A DNA stretch of 61,151 nucleotides, filler included, from Basidiobolus ranarum (GCA_040143965.1; 16 parts of 16 records of this genome joined end to end with filler, not necessarily neighbours in it), one strand, 5' to 3'. Shown: positions 1-12,003, numbered from the whole stretch's first letter. Notes: generated from the letters alone by a model not told the origin. Made by a program: numbers and translations.

Positions 1-57
1 GGTTAGAGCACCTTGCTAAAGTGAAGGAGGTCCCAGGTTCAAATCCTGGCCAGACCA
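1..57 (+). pseudogene. 5'-truncated tRNA-like sequence (tRNA pseudogene or SINE head)
   Basis: D-arm end GGTTAGAGC; 17-nt anticodon arm CCTTG-CTAAAGT-GAAGG with a G-G mismatch and a non-standard AAA anticodon; variable loop AGGTC; perfect T arm CCAGG-TTCAAAT-CCTGG; acceptor 3' strand CCAGACC-A. Confidence 0.75.
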
Positions 58-83
58 ATATTTCTCCCTAAATAATTTCAATA

Positions 84-1480
84 AGGCTTGCTGTCCAATA
101 ATTCAAATTAACTTGAATGATCCTCTTTCCAAACAGTATTAAAGTTATAATATTTTGATACTATCCATCATATCTGGACCTAAATTGCCAGTGCTTATAG
201 ATAGCTTCTTGGAGTCTTTGATTGCAGAGTATGAATGGTTATCTGATGGGGTTCAGATGGGTGAATAGTTTTTCAAAGCTAATATCACTGTACGTATTGG
301 AGACACTGCTGCTCTCAGTAAACTTGGAGGTTTTTGCAGGCACAATGCACTATCTTACTGTTGATTTTGTCAAATGATTGGAGCTTACTCTACCAGGCAT
401 AGACATTACTAGTATCCAAATGCAACACTAAACTCCATGATCCTACCATCAAGAGCCTGGTCCGATGCTCACTTATACCAATTCACCAAATAGTCAGTCT
501 AACATCAAACTTGGGATTGGACATAAGCCTAAGAGTTTATTGCTGAAGGAGATCAACTGTAGCAAGAGCTTCCCATTAGGCAATACACAATTACCATTCA
601 ACAACAATCCAATACTACTTACTCAGCTATATACTGGAAAATTCAATATGAATGAGCCATTTGAGAGAGGATCAAAGTTTGAATCAATTGGGAAAATGTT
701 TGAAAACAGTAAGATATTCCCTGCTGCATCTTTCACAATGCTCAGAGACTATAGGCCCTAGCTATATATTCTGGGAGCTCCCAATGGAGCACATCCGTGG
801 TGAAAAGATGCTCCTTGTGAAATTGTTAGTATTACAATATGTTAATCTGACTAACAATGCTTCAGCAATATTAGTGATGCATGTAATGCAATGGGCTAAG
901 GAGACTACAGAGGATATTAACCTTCCAACAAAGGGATCTTATCAATGTGCTCACAGGTTTTAGCATTGTTTGAGCACAATAACAGCAACAAAACTCAATC
1001 CATGGTCTCAGAGTATGTACCTCTATAATTTGAACTAATTTGTTGGTATGATAATCTGAAGGTAATCTAGGAAAGCTGCAAGACTGACTTCTTGGTGAGA
1101 TAGATCAAGATATGTAGTTTAATTGCTTTAGCCATGGGGTAATCTGTTCAAGCAATGACATATCTACTTGTGGCAGCACATTTGTTAAGTGCTAGTTGGG
1201 GATATTTTGGCTGAATTCTTTGCTGAAGTTTGCAAAAATTCAGGAGCTTATTCTCATTGTGAATAGTAAAAAGAGTCAGCTATTTGCCAAGTGTCAGTGC
1301 TATTCAAAATTTCAGATGTTCAGCCATTTTGTACCATTAATTTGCTGGTAAAGTGTATTGATATTGTCGAGTTATGTCTGATCAGTCAAGTATGTGCAAA
1401 TATAGAGACTAAACTCACCAAGATTCTTGTGTTTTTTGATTCTCATTGTGGCTGGAATAAAAAGCCTAAAATATCTAAAT
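84..1480 (+). mobile_element. Decayed CACTA/EnSpm (Tnp2, Transposase_21) transposase
   Basis: Manual translation through stops gives PIIQINLN...NILILSIISGPKLPVLIDSFLESLI...IGDTAALSKLGGFCRHNALSYC*FC...HY*YP, then SFPLG and WELPME. These are Tnp2-family motifs. Homologous to 19830-21220 and 22020-22922. Confidence 0.8.
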
Positions 1481-1989
1481 AACGGCATGCAAATTATTTC
1501 AAATTTCTATAGCAGTAAACCTATTGATTTGCCATTTGAAAATTAGTTTTTTGTGAAATTGTTGGTAAATAAATAACACTGTAGTGTGGGATAGGGGTGT
1601 TTACTTAAATATTTAGTAATAAAGCTTAGTCACCCTACAAATCTCCAGCAAAGCTGAATTTCTTATACTGGAAGCTTAAAAATATCAATAGGAGATATAT
1701 TCTTCAATCTATCATTAATGGGCAAAGACACACTATAGTATGTCAATATCTTGAAGACTTTCTGAGAAAAGATTATTTCTGATGAGAGAACTATGAAGAA
1801 TCTTCAATACAACAGGGGTAGATAATACTCTGGTGGTTTCTCTAACTTGAAGTCTGAAGTTAAAGATATAGTTCTTTTAAGATTGGCAAAGACTTTGATT
1901 AAGAGTTATGTGTATTCCATGGCTGTAAAAGTGAAGATAACCATGAGAGAATCTAAGCTGCAAACCTCAATAGTCAAGCCTAGTTGAGT

Positions 1990-3310
1990 TGCAATAGAAA
2001 TCTTTATTAATCTATGAATATACAGGGTAGAATTTGAGTGTTTCCAAAAAAGTGTCTATCTTGCTATTCCAAGCTCTTGGAGATAGTTTTAAGCCATAGA
2101 GTTTTTTCCAGAGTCTGCAAACTTTTTTAGGGTTTTTTGGGTCCACAAATCCATCTGGCTGGTCCATGTAGATCTCCTCAGCATGCTCACCATTCAAAAA
2201 GGCAGTTATAACATCCATTTGATGGATAACAAACCGATATTTAGCTGAAATTGCAAAATCAATCTAATTGAATTAAACTTTGCTACAGGAGCAAAAGTTT
2301 CTCTATAATCTATTCCTGGAGTTTGGGAATAGCCTTAGGCTACTAGTCTAGCCTTGTACCTTCCTATATTGCCATAAGAGTTGTCTTGAACTTTGAACAT
2401 CCATCAGCAGCCAATTGATTTTTGATCATCAGGTAAGCTGGCAAAAATCCAATTTTAATTATCAATCAAGGCCTGGCACTCATCAACCATTGCAGATCTC
2501 CAAGATATCATGTGAGGGCCAATCAGGGCCGCTTCTACAGTCTAGGTTTCATATATTTGAGTTGTGCAGGCACAGACCCAATTTTATATCCATTTATAGG
2601 GTAAACAGTGCTATTTCTGATCTGATTTGATCTCCTGTTTAGAGATAATGGTACTACAACTTATGGCATTGTATTGGGCACTTCAGTAGGCAGAATTCTG
2701 GTTGCAGGGTCCGCAGGAGTGCTATTTTTATCATTGTTTTGGTTTTATTCAATTTGAATGAACAATTTGATCAGGAGAAAATTGATTTTTGTTACCATTT
2801 GAGGCCTTTGTGGTTAAAGTGTTTCATTTTTCTTAAACAAAGCATCCCTGGACTTGATTAACTTTGAAAATTTGATATGATAGAGTCTGTAGGCCTTAGT
2901 TTGGGTATAATAACCCGGAAATATGCATTTCTTACTTTTTGGATCAAATTTAGATCAATTTTTGGTCATAATTTTGACATTAACAATGCATCCAAGATCT
3001 TCAAATGTTTTACATCAGATTTATCTCCAAATCAAGCTTGATATGGTGTAGAGTAAGAAAGACTTCTAGCAAAACTCCTATTCTTCAGATATTCAGTTGT
3101 AGCAACAGATTCTGCCCAAAAGTTATTAGATACATTTTGTACATTTATCATAGATCTTGCCATTTCTTTTATTGTCTGGCTATCTCTTTCAGCAACTCCA
3201 TTTTGTTGAGTTGAACAGGGGGAAGAGGTTTCTTGCTTAAATCCATGAACTTTGTAAAAGTGCTTAAATAGTGTTGAAGTAAATTCTCCACCATTAGACT
3301 TGTTCCATTG
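1990..3310 (-). mobile_element. Decayed Ty1/Copia pol (integrase to RT)
   Basis: Integrase NGGEF...QQNGVAER (ORF 3032-3373) lies upstream of [12 protein letters not shown]...IYMDQPDGF...LYGLK (ORF 2012-2218), the Copia domain order. Many stops and frameshifts. Confidence 0.93.
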
Positions 3311-3740
3311 GACCAGGTTAGATTGTGCCGCTTGATCCAGCCTGCTAGTACACCATCTGGCGCAATCTGTCAATTACCATGGCAGGGTCCTATAACCCAT
3401 GATTGTACACTATAAGGAACAATATGGCACTATCCCACTACAATCAGACATGATGATTTTTTGGAGATATCATGCCAGCCAGTACCAAGTTACCCGATTT
3501 AGTATTGCCAAATTACAATTTTGGGTAACTGACAAAGTAAGTTCATCCTCTAGTTTGTAACTTACAAATTACTGAATGTGTAACAATAACAATTTATACT
3601 GTAACTTACCCAATCAAATGTATAACCAGGACATTCACATGTTTTTAGGCCAATCATTTGTCCCTCACTAACACAGTATCCTGATTTTCAATTGGGCACA
3701 ACAGCTCCTGCATTACAAAACACCAGTAGTTTTGGCACAC

Positions 3741-3840
3741 NNNNNNNNNNNNNNNNNNNNNNNNNNNNNNNNNNNNNNNNNNNNTTAATTAATTAANNNN
3801 NNNNNNNNNNNNNNNNNNNNNNNNNNNNNNNNNNNNNNNN
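3741..3840. other. Artificial contig linker (44 N + TTAATTAATTAA + 44 N), first of 15
   Basis: Identical 100-nt linkers start at 3741, 7581, 11419, 15255, 19090, 22923, 26754, 30582, 34410, 38237, 42063, 45887, 49708, 53524 and 57339. The core puts stops in all six frames, and contig lengths never increase along the window. Confidence 0.99.
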
Positions 3841-4125
3841 GAAGTTATTTACAGACTTAGGATACATGCAAAAATGTGCTATTACTGTATTTGAAGATAA
3901 TCAAAGTTGTATTTCATTAGCTAAAAACCCTACATTTCATGCTAGAACAAACATATAGACATTAGGCATCATTTTGTTAGAGAAGCAATAGAGAATGATT
4001 AAATTCAACTTGTCTATTGCCCTACTGAAGTAATGATAGCTGATATCTTGACCAAACCTTTAGCTAAAGCACAATTTGAATTATTAAGATATATGTTAGG
4101 TTTAAGAGAAACACAAAATAGTTAG
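3841..4125 (+). mobile_element. Copia RNase H C-terminus (decayed)
   Basis: EDNQSCISLAKNPTFHART-HIDIRHHFVREAIE...YCPTEVMIADILTKPL, stop at 4123-4125, followed by the polypurine tract GAGTGGGAA. Confidence 0.93.
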
Positions 4126-4136
4126 TTGAGTGGGAA

Positions 4137-4490
4137 TGTTAAATTAGGTAAATAGCAACTCATTATTTAGTAGTTAGTTTATTTATATTCTGATTATTCA
4201 GTACTCAATTCTGTCATTCAAAAACGTGTGTTTATTGCTCTAATAGATAGAAATATCAATTAGATCACTTTTACCAATTTACACTATTTTCTCAAATCTT
4301 CTCCAAATCACCTCAAATTTTCACCCATGCTTGAAAGGCATGTTTGTTATGATCTAAGCACGTCCAATAGTCCTAATTCATAGTAAACTATAAATAGGAC
4401 ATATTCAATTAAATAAAACGTAAGTGTCTAATTCACAAATCCAAATCTTGTCCAAAACACTTCCAAATCCCCTAAACACTTTTATCAAAG
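4137..4490 (+). repeat. Copia LTR family A (3' LTR)
   Basis: Starts TGTT-AAATTAGG directly after the polypurine tract. Homologous to 5897-6250, 6385-6722(-), 47075-47422(-) and 49075-49280(-). Confidence 0.85.
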
Positions 4491-4949
4491 ACTATGCACT
4501 AGATGCAGTTGGTAAGGGCACCAATGTGCCCAATTTGGACCAAATATCAGCTACACCTTCTGCAAATTGGACAATGTACTCTATTTACCAAAAATAGCTA
4601 ACAATCTTCTCTCTGTAAGCAATGCAACAGCTCCAGGTCTAAGTTTCTTGCAAGGCAGGATGCACTAACACAGAATAGTAAAATACCCAATTAGTGACTG
4701 AGATCAAAACTCAAGATCTATACATGGTAGTTAATAACTTATTGCATTCCAAGCATGCAAACTTGACCAAAGCCATTTAAACAAGCTGCCAACCTGGCAT
4801 TAAAGGTAAGGCCATGTTGAGGAAAAAAAATTGACCCATATGATCCAAAATCAGCTTGTTTCAGGCTAACAAATTGAAAATATCACTAGATGAGATCAGT
4901 GAAGGTTGCATCTAAGGAAAACATCACAGATAGCTATTTTCCTGCTCTG

Positions 4950-5896
4950 GAGATATCAAATTCACACAGAATTGTGTGGAGATGGCAAGGTTAGTGTTAC
5001 ATGATCAAAAGCCAGATTACCAATATTGGGCAGAATCTGCCTCTGCTGCAGCCAATATCAAAAACAGATAGCCAACAAGATTTCCACAATATTCTGACCC
5101 ATACAAAGCCTTATATGGAAAAAACCAAGTGCAGATTATCTCAGGATATTTGGATGCACAGCAATTTGCCTAATTCCTGTTGAAAATGCTCTGAACTGGC
5201 AGCCAAAAGCAGAAAATGCATATTTCTTGGTTACTGTGATGGATCTAAGGCCTATAGACTGTTTGATACAAAAACAAAAAAGTTAATTAATGTCAGAGAT
5301 GTGATTTTGCTTATGCATCATTCTGAGACAAGGCTCAGACCCTGTGTCAAGCTCTGGAGTGTCCAGAATCTAAATTGTGGGAAAAAGCAATGTTGGATGA
5401 GTTTTGTTCACTTCAGAACAATAACATGTGGGTTTTAAGTCCTTTGCTCTCAGGGAAAAAGCCAAAAGTTTGCAAATCAGTCTAGAAAGTAAAAAACGAA
5501 GATGATGAAACCACAGAAAGGTACAAAGCGAGATTAGTTGCAAACGGCTATTCCCAGATTCCAGGAGTTGATTCCAATGAAACCTTTACTGTAGAAGCTA
5601 CATTTGCCTCCATTAGATGAATCCTGACACACTCAGCTATCCATAACCTTGATTTACATCACATTGATGTACAAACAGCCTTTCTGAATGGAAATCTAGA
5701 TGAAGAGTTCTTTGTGGAGGAACATGAGGGAGTTGTTGATTCAAAACACCGTGATATGGTCTATAGACTGCATATTACTATATGGATTTAAGCAAGCACC
5801 TAAGGCATGGAACAACAAGATAGATACCTACTTGTAAACACTGGAATTCCAAAAATGCACAGCAGGTCAGAGTATTTACATCAAAACAACCAGGCA
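4950..5896 (+). mobile_element. Decayed, internally deleted Copia integrase-RT fragment
   Basis: RKCIFLGYCDGSKAYRLFD, then RYKARLVANGYSQIPGVDSNETF and HIDVQTAFLNGNLDEE; ends abruptly at an LTR. Confidence 0.9.
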
Positions 5897-6250
5897 TGTT
5901 GAAATTAGGTAAATTGCAACTCATTATTAAGTAGTTGGTTGATTCATATTCTGATTGTTTAGCACCCAATTCTGCTACTCCAAAACATGTGCTTATTGTT
6001 CTAATTGCTAGAGATAGCAACCAGATCACTTTAACCAATTTTCACTATTTTCTCAAATCTTCTCCAAATCATCTCAACTTTTCACCTATGCACAACAGGT
6101 ATGTTTAATATGATCTGAGTAAGTCTATTAGTCCTATTCAATAGTAAAGTAACACTAGGACATATTTGAATCAGTAAAACTTAAGTGTCTAAATCACAAA
6201 TTGCAATCTTGCAAAAAACACTTCCAAGACCCCTAAGCACTCTTACTATT
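5897..6250 (+). repeat. Copia LTR family A joined to mid-RT
   Basis: Starts TGTTGAAATTAGGTAAATTGCAACTC and is colinear with 4137-4490. Confidence 0.85.
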
Positions 6251-6384
6251 CCTACCATTGTATACATTAAGCTTCCCAATGTGGATTGTTAAGGAAACTC
6301 CTGGCTTTGATTTGAGTCATTTTGGGCCAAATTGTATGAAATTTTGATTAATTTCACATTTGGTTCCATTGGTTTGATAAATAT

Positions 6385-6722
6385 GTTTAGGTGATTTAGA
6401 AGTGATTTGGACAAGATCTGGATTATTGAATTAGACACTTAAGTTTTATTGAATTGAATATGTCCTGCTTGTAGTATATTATGAAGTAGGACTATTGGAT
6501 GTGCTTAGATCATAACAGACTTACCAGTCAGTTATGGCTGAAAATTTGAGGTGATTTGGAGGAGTTTTGAGAAAATAGTGAAAATTGATAGAAGTGATCT
6601 ACTTGATATTTCAATCAAGTAGAGCAGTAAACACATGTTTTCACATCACAGAATTGAGTGCTAAATAATCAGAATTAGAAAAAATAACTATTAAATAATG
6701 AGTTGTTATTTACCTAATTTCA
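6385..6722 (-). repeat. Copia LTR family A (inverted copy)
   Basis: Reverse complement of 4137-4480 and 5897-6240. Confidence 0.85.
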
Positions 6723-7580
6723 TCTTTCCTGGTTGTTTTGATGTAAATACTCTGATCTGCTGTTCATTATTGGAATTCCAGTGCTTACAAGTAGGTATCT
6801 ATCTTGTTGTTCCATGCGTTAGATGCTTGCTTGAATCCATAGAGTAATTTCAGTTTATAGACCATAAGATGGTGTTTTGGAACAACAACTCCATCATGTT
6901 GCTTCAGGTAGAACTCTGGTTCTAGATTTCCATTCCAAAAGGCTGTCTTTACATCAATGTGATTTAAATCAAGGTTATGGATAGCTGAGTGAGCCAGGAT
7001 TCATCCAATGGAGCTAAATGTAGCTATTAGAGTAAAAGTTTCATTGGAATTAACTATTGGCGTCTGGAAATAACTTTTTGCAACTAATTTTGTTTTGTAC
7101 CTTTCTGTTGTTTCATCATCTCGGTTTTTTGCTTTGTAGACTGATTTGCAATCTATCGGATTTCTCCTTGGTGGTAAAGGACTTAACCCATATTTTATTT
7201 TCCTGAAGTGAACAAAACTCATCCAACATTGCTATTTCCCACATTTAGATTCTGGCCACTACAGAGCTTGATCTAGAGTCTGTGACTCATCACAGAATGC
7301 TGCATGAGTAAGTACATCTCCATTGGAAGTGTTCCACCAGGTCACTGGCTTGTCTCCTTCTGGATAATCTTCTGGGTCTTGATTCATCCTCTTAAGTAAT
7401 TGAGACTATAAATTTGGTTGAGTCATGCTCAAATATAGCCAAAACATCTCAGACACTTCCTAAATAGTGCCAATGGTGTTTTCTAGATAAAGGACTCTAA
7501 TTTGAGGTTAAGAATATGCTTTTTCATCAACAATCACTTTTGCACATAATTAACTTCTGATTTTTGGTAACAAACAGTCT
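6723..7580 (-). mobile_element. Decayed Copia RT fragment (inverted paralog of 5260-5896)
   Basis: ORF 7001-7222 reads DCKSVYKAKNRDDETTERYKTKLVAKSYFQ. It has the same RT/LTR junction as at 5896. Confidence 0.9.
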
Positions 7581-7680
7581 NNNNNNNNNNNNNNNNNNNN
7601 NNNNNNNNNNNNNNNNNNNNNNNNTTAATTAATTAANNNNNNNNNNNNNNNNNNNNNNNNNNNNNNNNNNNNNNNNNNNN

Positions 7681-7757
7681 CTTCATACCCAAGGTTTAAC
7701 TCATACCCAAAACAAGTATGTATCAATATCTCCATCAAAGCCCACCATTGTATTAAT
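7681..7757 (-). repeat. Unclassified repeat family X fragment
   Basis: CTTCATACCCAAGG...TCTCCATCAAAGCCCACCATTGTATTAA matches 18543-18618 and 33551-33627. Confidence 0.75.
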
Positions 7758-8437
7758 GCTGCCTGCGATTTGGCGTATTCAACGAAAGCGTTCTAAAGGA
7801 TTAACCAATCTTAGGAAGAATACTTGGGATGATTTTTCAATGATTTCACAGCTTACTTCATCTTTAGAAACCAATAGGAGTGGAGCAATTCTACCCACTG
7901 GTGATAAATCGGACGATGTTGAACCTTGATTCTTGTTCTGATGGTAATTTTCAAGGGTCGTCTTGCTAGCACCATACCTTTAGATATCCAGTAACATAGT
8001 CACTTATCATATAAAAATAAACTACACCTTTAAAAGACTTACATGTATCCTTGGTATTTTTCCATAGACTCAGCCCAGTGTTGAAGGAATTTCTCTTGGT
8101 TGTAAGACTTGTCCTTACCAAGACTTTCGAGTAAAATGAAAGCTTGGTCGCCATATTGTGTAAAATCTCCAGCACCTTTTCCTTTATGATAATCATTGAG
8201 GTTGGGTGCGTTCAAGTCTTTAATTTTATCACCTAGTTGGTTTTTAATCACGTCAGAGTCATAAACCCAATGAGCACCTAATGCCAAAGAGTCAGCGGCA
8301 AATGCTGCTATGATGGCCTTCTTCACAATGGCGGGAGTTAAAGACATACTTTTGGTTGTTTGAGGCTTGCTGAAAAGAAGATAGACAAGAAAGAGGATAA
8401 GAAGTACGAAACTATAGCGATAGAGTGATTTTGGCAT
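7754..8437 (-). CDS. ADP-ribosylglycohydrolase (DraG/ARH family), 3'-truncated by a repeat
   Basis: Exons 8437 (or 8347)-8043, 7977-7857 and 7792-about 7754; GT-AG introns 7978-8042 and 7793-7856. Spliced product has AADSLALGAHWVYD, YHKGKGAGDFTQYGDQ and GSTSSDLSPVGRIAPL, which are ARH-family motifs. Confidence 0.85.
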
Positions 8438-9482
8438 TGTAGTGGCTGTCAACCTGATTTATATGTTAATGAGTGTAGCTATAACGTATACCCAGTAAAT
8501 CACAAGATATTTGATGAAATACCTCCTATTAATTAGTCAATTTTTGCACCAAGTCAACTTGCATATTCACTACGAATCTGAGGCCTCTTGTGACGGTGTG
8601 ATTTTTCAATGATTTATTAGTGTAATATGATATACAAAGGATAAATATACCTAAACGAAATTGTTATCGGTCAAGCCACCAGCTTATTAATCAAAAATCC
8701 GAATTCGTCATCTCAGTATAGTACTCAAATCAAACTAATCAGATACTCCGCTACATTCATTATGCAAGTCGGGCTAATTGATCTATATTTGAGAACTTGT
8801 CCCTGTGTTAGTCATGAGGGATTGGTTTTATACGCAGGTAAAGTTTAGAACGTGAAGAACTTCTATTAGCTTATAAAGAGTCCAGGTAAGTAATGTGAGG
8901 GAAATGGGTTGAAAGATCAGGCTTGTGGTGCCAGAATGAGTACAATTAAGGCAGGGAGAAACTCTCCCAAGGATTAAATTTGCACTTTATATTACCCGCC
9001 AAGCAATTCCTACTACTACTTGTTTCGCTTCTCTGCTGAGGTATACATAGAAACTGAGGTAGAGTTGTGAATCATTGCTGACGTATAGATTGCTATACAA
9101 ATCCTAATACTAGGCCTGGGAGCTAGATAATTAAACTTTCGCTCCCATGCGTGTTTTGAAGATCACTGCAAATGTGGATGATAGCAATGCCAAGTTTGTC
9201 TAAGCCACCAATATCATAGGTAGAGTAAAATACCCACATAATTCATCATAAATCCACATAGAATGCCATCTCGGAATTTACAAAAGTAATCTGCATACAG
9301 AGTCAAAATAATCGAGAGCTTTTTATTAACTCGGAGATAGCTGTGATATACCCTTATTTGCGAGAAGATGGTGGTGGTAACTTATAGGACGAATAATGCT
9401 TTCGGTACTGTTTGGAACTCAAAATTAGAAATTGTTTCCACTTCAAAATGAAACAAGAAAGAGCATAAAAACATTTAACATC

Positions 9483-11418
9483 TTAAGCCTCAATGGCTAC
9501 AAAACCCATGTCTCCAATATCTTGGTTAATATCGTTCAATAGTTGGCGGGCCTGTTCTGAAAGGTTACCCAAATTATTCCGAACTTGATCATTACGAAGG
9601 CGTTCTGCGGCGGTCATCCGTTGGCCATCCTGCTTCGTTTTACCGAAATCTTTACATTTTCGCAGAGAGTCCATTAAATGGTCCAATCCCCCTTTATCCT
9701 CTTCAACAGCCTCTTTAATGTCGGGATTTTGGGTTTTGTCTAGTCTGGGCTTCCGTCTGATAACTTCCCTCTCTTTTTTCTCCAAATCTGCTATGGCCTT
9801 CTTTTCGGCGGCAACCCGCTTTCTTTCTGTAAGCTCGATTTCCTTGCGAACCCTTTCAGTATCAGACAAGAAGTGTTTGAAGATTTGGAAGAATTCATCT
9901 GGCCTTAATGTGGGATTTTCACCAAAATGCCTGACACAATCGGCATACATGACTTCAGTGGCTTCCCAATAAACTTTCAGATCTTCGAAACTCTGATTAG
10001 CAGTGACTAGAAATTCCTTTACTTGCACAGCGAAAGAATCATGTTCATATTTGGATTCATTGAAATATTCGTGCATCTCTTGGTCCGCAAATATCAAGTC
10101 TTTTCGCATACTATCAAAATCTTCTTTAACATCTGGCATGGATACGCGGCAGGCCTCGCTGACTAGCTTTAGCTCATCCACTACTTTCAGCAAATCTGGC
10201 AATTTACTCTCGGTTATCCCAATCAAGAAGTGAAGTAAGGTCGACTTGTTGTCAATGGTCTTTGTGTCGGCTAGTCTATTAACACTACTTACTTTAAATC
10301 CAGAGGCATTTCCTCGGAAGCCAATATTCATAAAGTTCCCGACAGTCAAAATAATCTATGTAGGCAATTGCATCAGGTCAGGAATTAGAACATATTACAT
10401 ATTAGAGTCTGGCCTAGTTTTAGAAACAGTACCTCCAAAATCTTGGGAATCGTCTTGCTATGTCGTAGAGAACTTGAGGCCTCATAGATTGTTTTACAAG
10501 CCTGAGTTTTAAGATAGAGTTAGTTCATTGATATTTTTCGATCACTGTTTATAAAGTACCTGTTGTATTCCATCGTATTTTTCTTTATAAGTTTGCTTGA
10601 AATACATAATATCGAGTCTTTGATGGTATCTCTCAATCGATAATATCTAAATGGCACTCACATTTAGCATTGTTCAATATTTTTGACCAAAACGACATAC
10701 ACTTACCTCAATAAAAAATTGTTCCGCTCGGCTTAATTTACTACCATCTGTTATGAAGGGCTCTAGAAGTTTGATCTGGAAACGCGAATAAATTGCTATG
10801 TCAATTTCTATTAAATTTGGCTTAGCTTAGTCCTACATGGTGACTTACCTCGTCATCAGAAGGAACAAATCTCCTCAATTGCTCCAGAAGATCCATGGTC
10901 ATCACGAACTCATTCATCTCAAGAATCGCTTCTTTGATTTGGACAGGACTCATCTTTTTACATTTTGATAGGGCAATATCTGAAAGTAAATGAGGCATTA
11001 ACAGTAATTCCGATAGACATTCCTCAATTTTATCGACGTACTGATGTTGTGGATTCTTTTCGGATCTAAGACCATGATTTCTTCAGTAATTTCTGTTACA
11101 ATTTCGTCTAGAAGCAAATTATTATTAGTACTACAAATGTTGAATTGTAACTAAAATCTGAGTAATCCTACTTTTAATCTTCAGAACAACAGGCTTAGAT
11201 GGGAATTTCTCTTCAATAGCCATAAATACACCCTCTTTACTAAACCTCATGGCAAGTTCTTCCTCGCGCTTTATTATTTGCTCTTTATCTTGCCAAACGG
11301 TGCCAGGAAGTTCATGCTCATTAAGCTTAGTCCAATTAAATTGTCTAAGTTTTTGTTTAGTTGTCCAGTGTCGGCCATGTTGGGGCACGGTACGAATAGG
11401 TGGGGGAGCTGGAGCAAG
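9483..11418 (-). CDS. Formin (FH1 end, FH2 domain and C-terminus), 5'-partial, multi-exon
   Basis: APAPPP, then KLRQFNWTKL, VGNFMN...GNASGFKVSSVNRLADTKTIDNKSTLLHFL, FGENP...EFFQIF and a DAD-like GGLDHLMDSLR. Several short GT-AG introns. Confidence 0.93.
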
Positions 11419-11518
11419 NNNNNNNNNNNNNNNNNNNNNNNNNNNNNNNNNNNNNNNNNNNNTTAATTAATTAANNNNNNNNNNNNNNNNNNNNNNNNNN
11501 NNNNNNNNNNNNNNNNNN

Positions 11519-11839
11519 TCTACACATTTATTGTGTTTATCTGGTGACAAAACTATAATTTTCAACTTTCTACTCAATTAATCAATAAGTGAAGACCATC
11601 AATTCTTGTAGTTCTCTAAACCACTTGCAGATATATTGATTTTTTCAAACTTGTGTTAGAAGCCCCCCACTTTGCATACATGTACCTGGAGCTTTTTTTA
11701 ACACACTCTACATGTTGGTTTATTTACATCTTGACAGAAGTATAAGTGTCAACTTTCTACTCAATAAATCAAAAAGAGAAAACCACCAATTTCTCTAATT
11801 CTCCAAACCACTTCCAACAGGCTCCCAAATACTTTAACA
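11519..11839 (+). repeat. LTR family B fragments (3' portions, tandem)
   Basis: TCAACTTTCTACTCAAT...CTCCAAACCACTTCCAACA...TACTTTAACA matches 34510-34638 and 56800-56955. Confidence 0.75.
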
Positions 11840-12003
11840 CCAGGAACATGTGTACTAAGTGTGGGGCCTCTAGGACAAGTTTCCAAAATCTTCTTAGTAA
11901 ATTCGGATTTTGAATAGTAGGTGATATCTTAGTTTAATATGGAATAACTAAATACTAAACTATATACGACTATATAGATGTTTAGGCTATGTTAATTTCA
12001 ACA
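11840..12003 (-). repeat. LTR family B 5' portion (inverted)
   Basis: Minus strand starts TGTTGAAATTAACATAGCCTAAACATCTATATAGTC, matching 56656 onward and 56229 onward. Confidence 0.75.

Noticed and set aside
9718-10512. Plus-strand ORFs 9718-9972, 10003-10233 and 10246-10512
   Set aside because: Antisense shadows of the formin exons.
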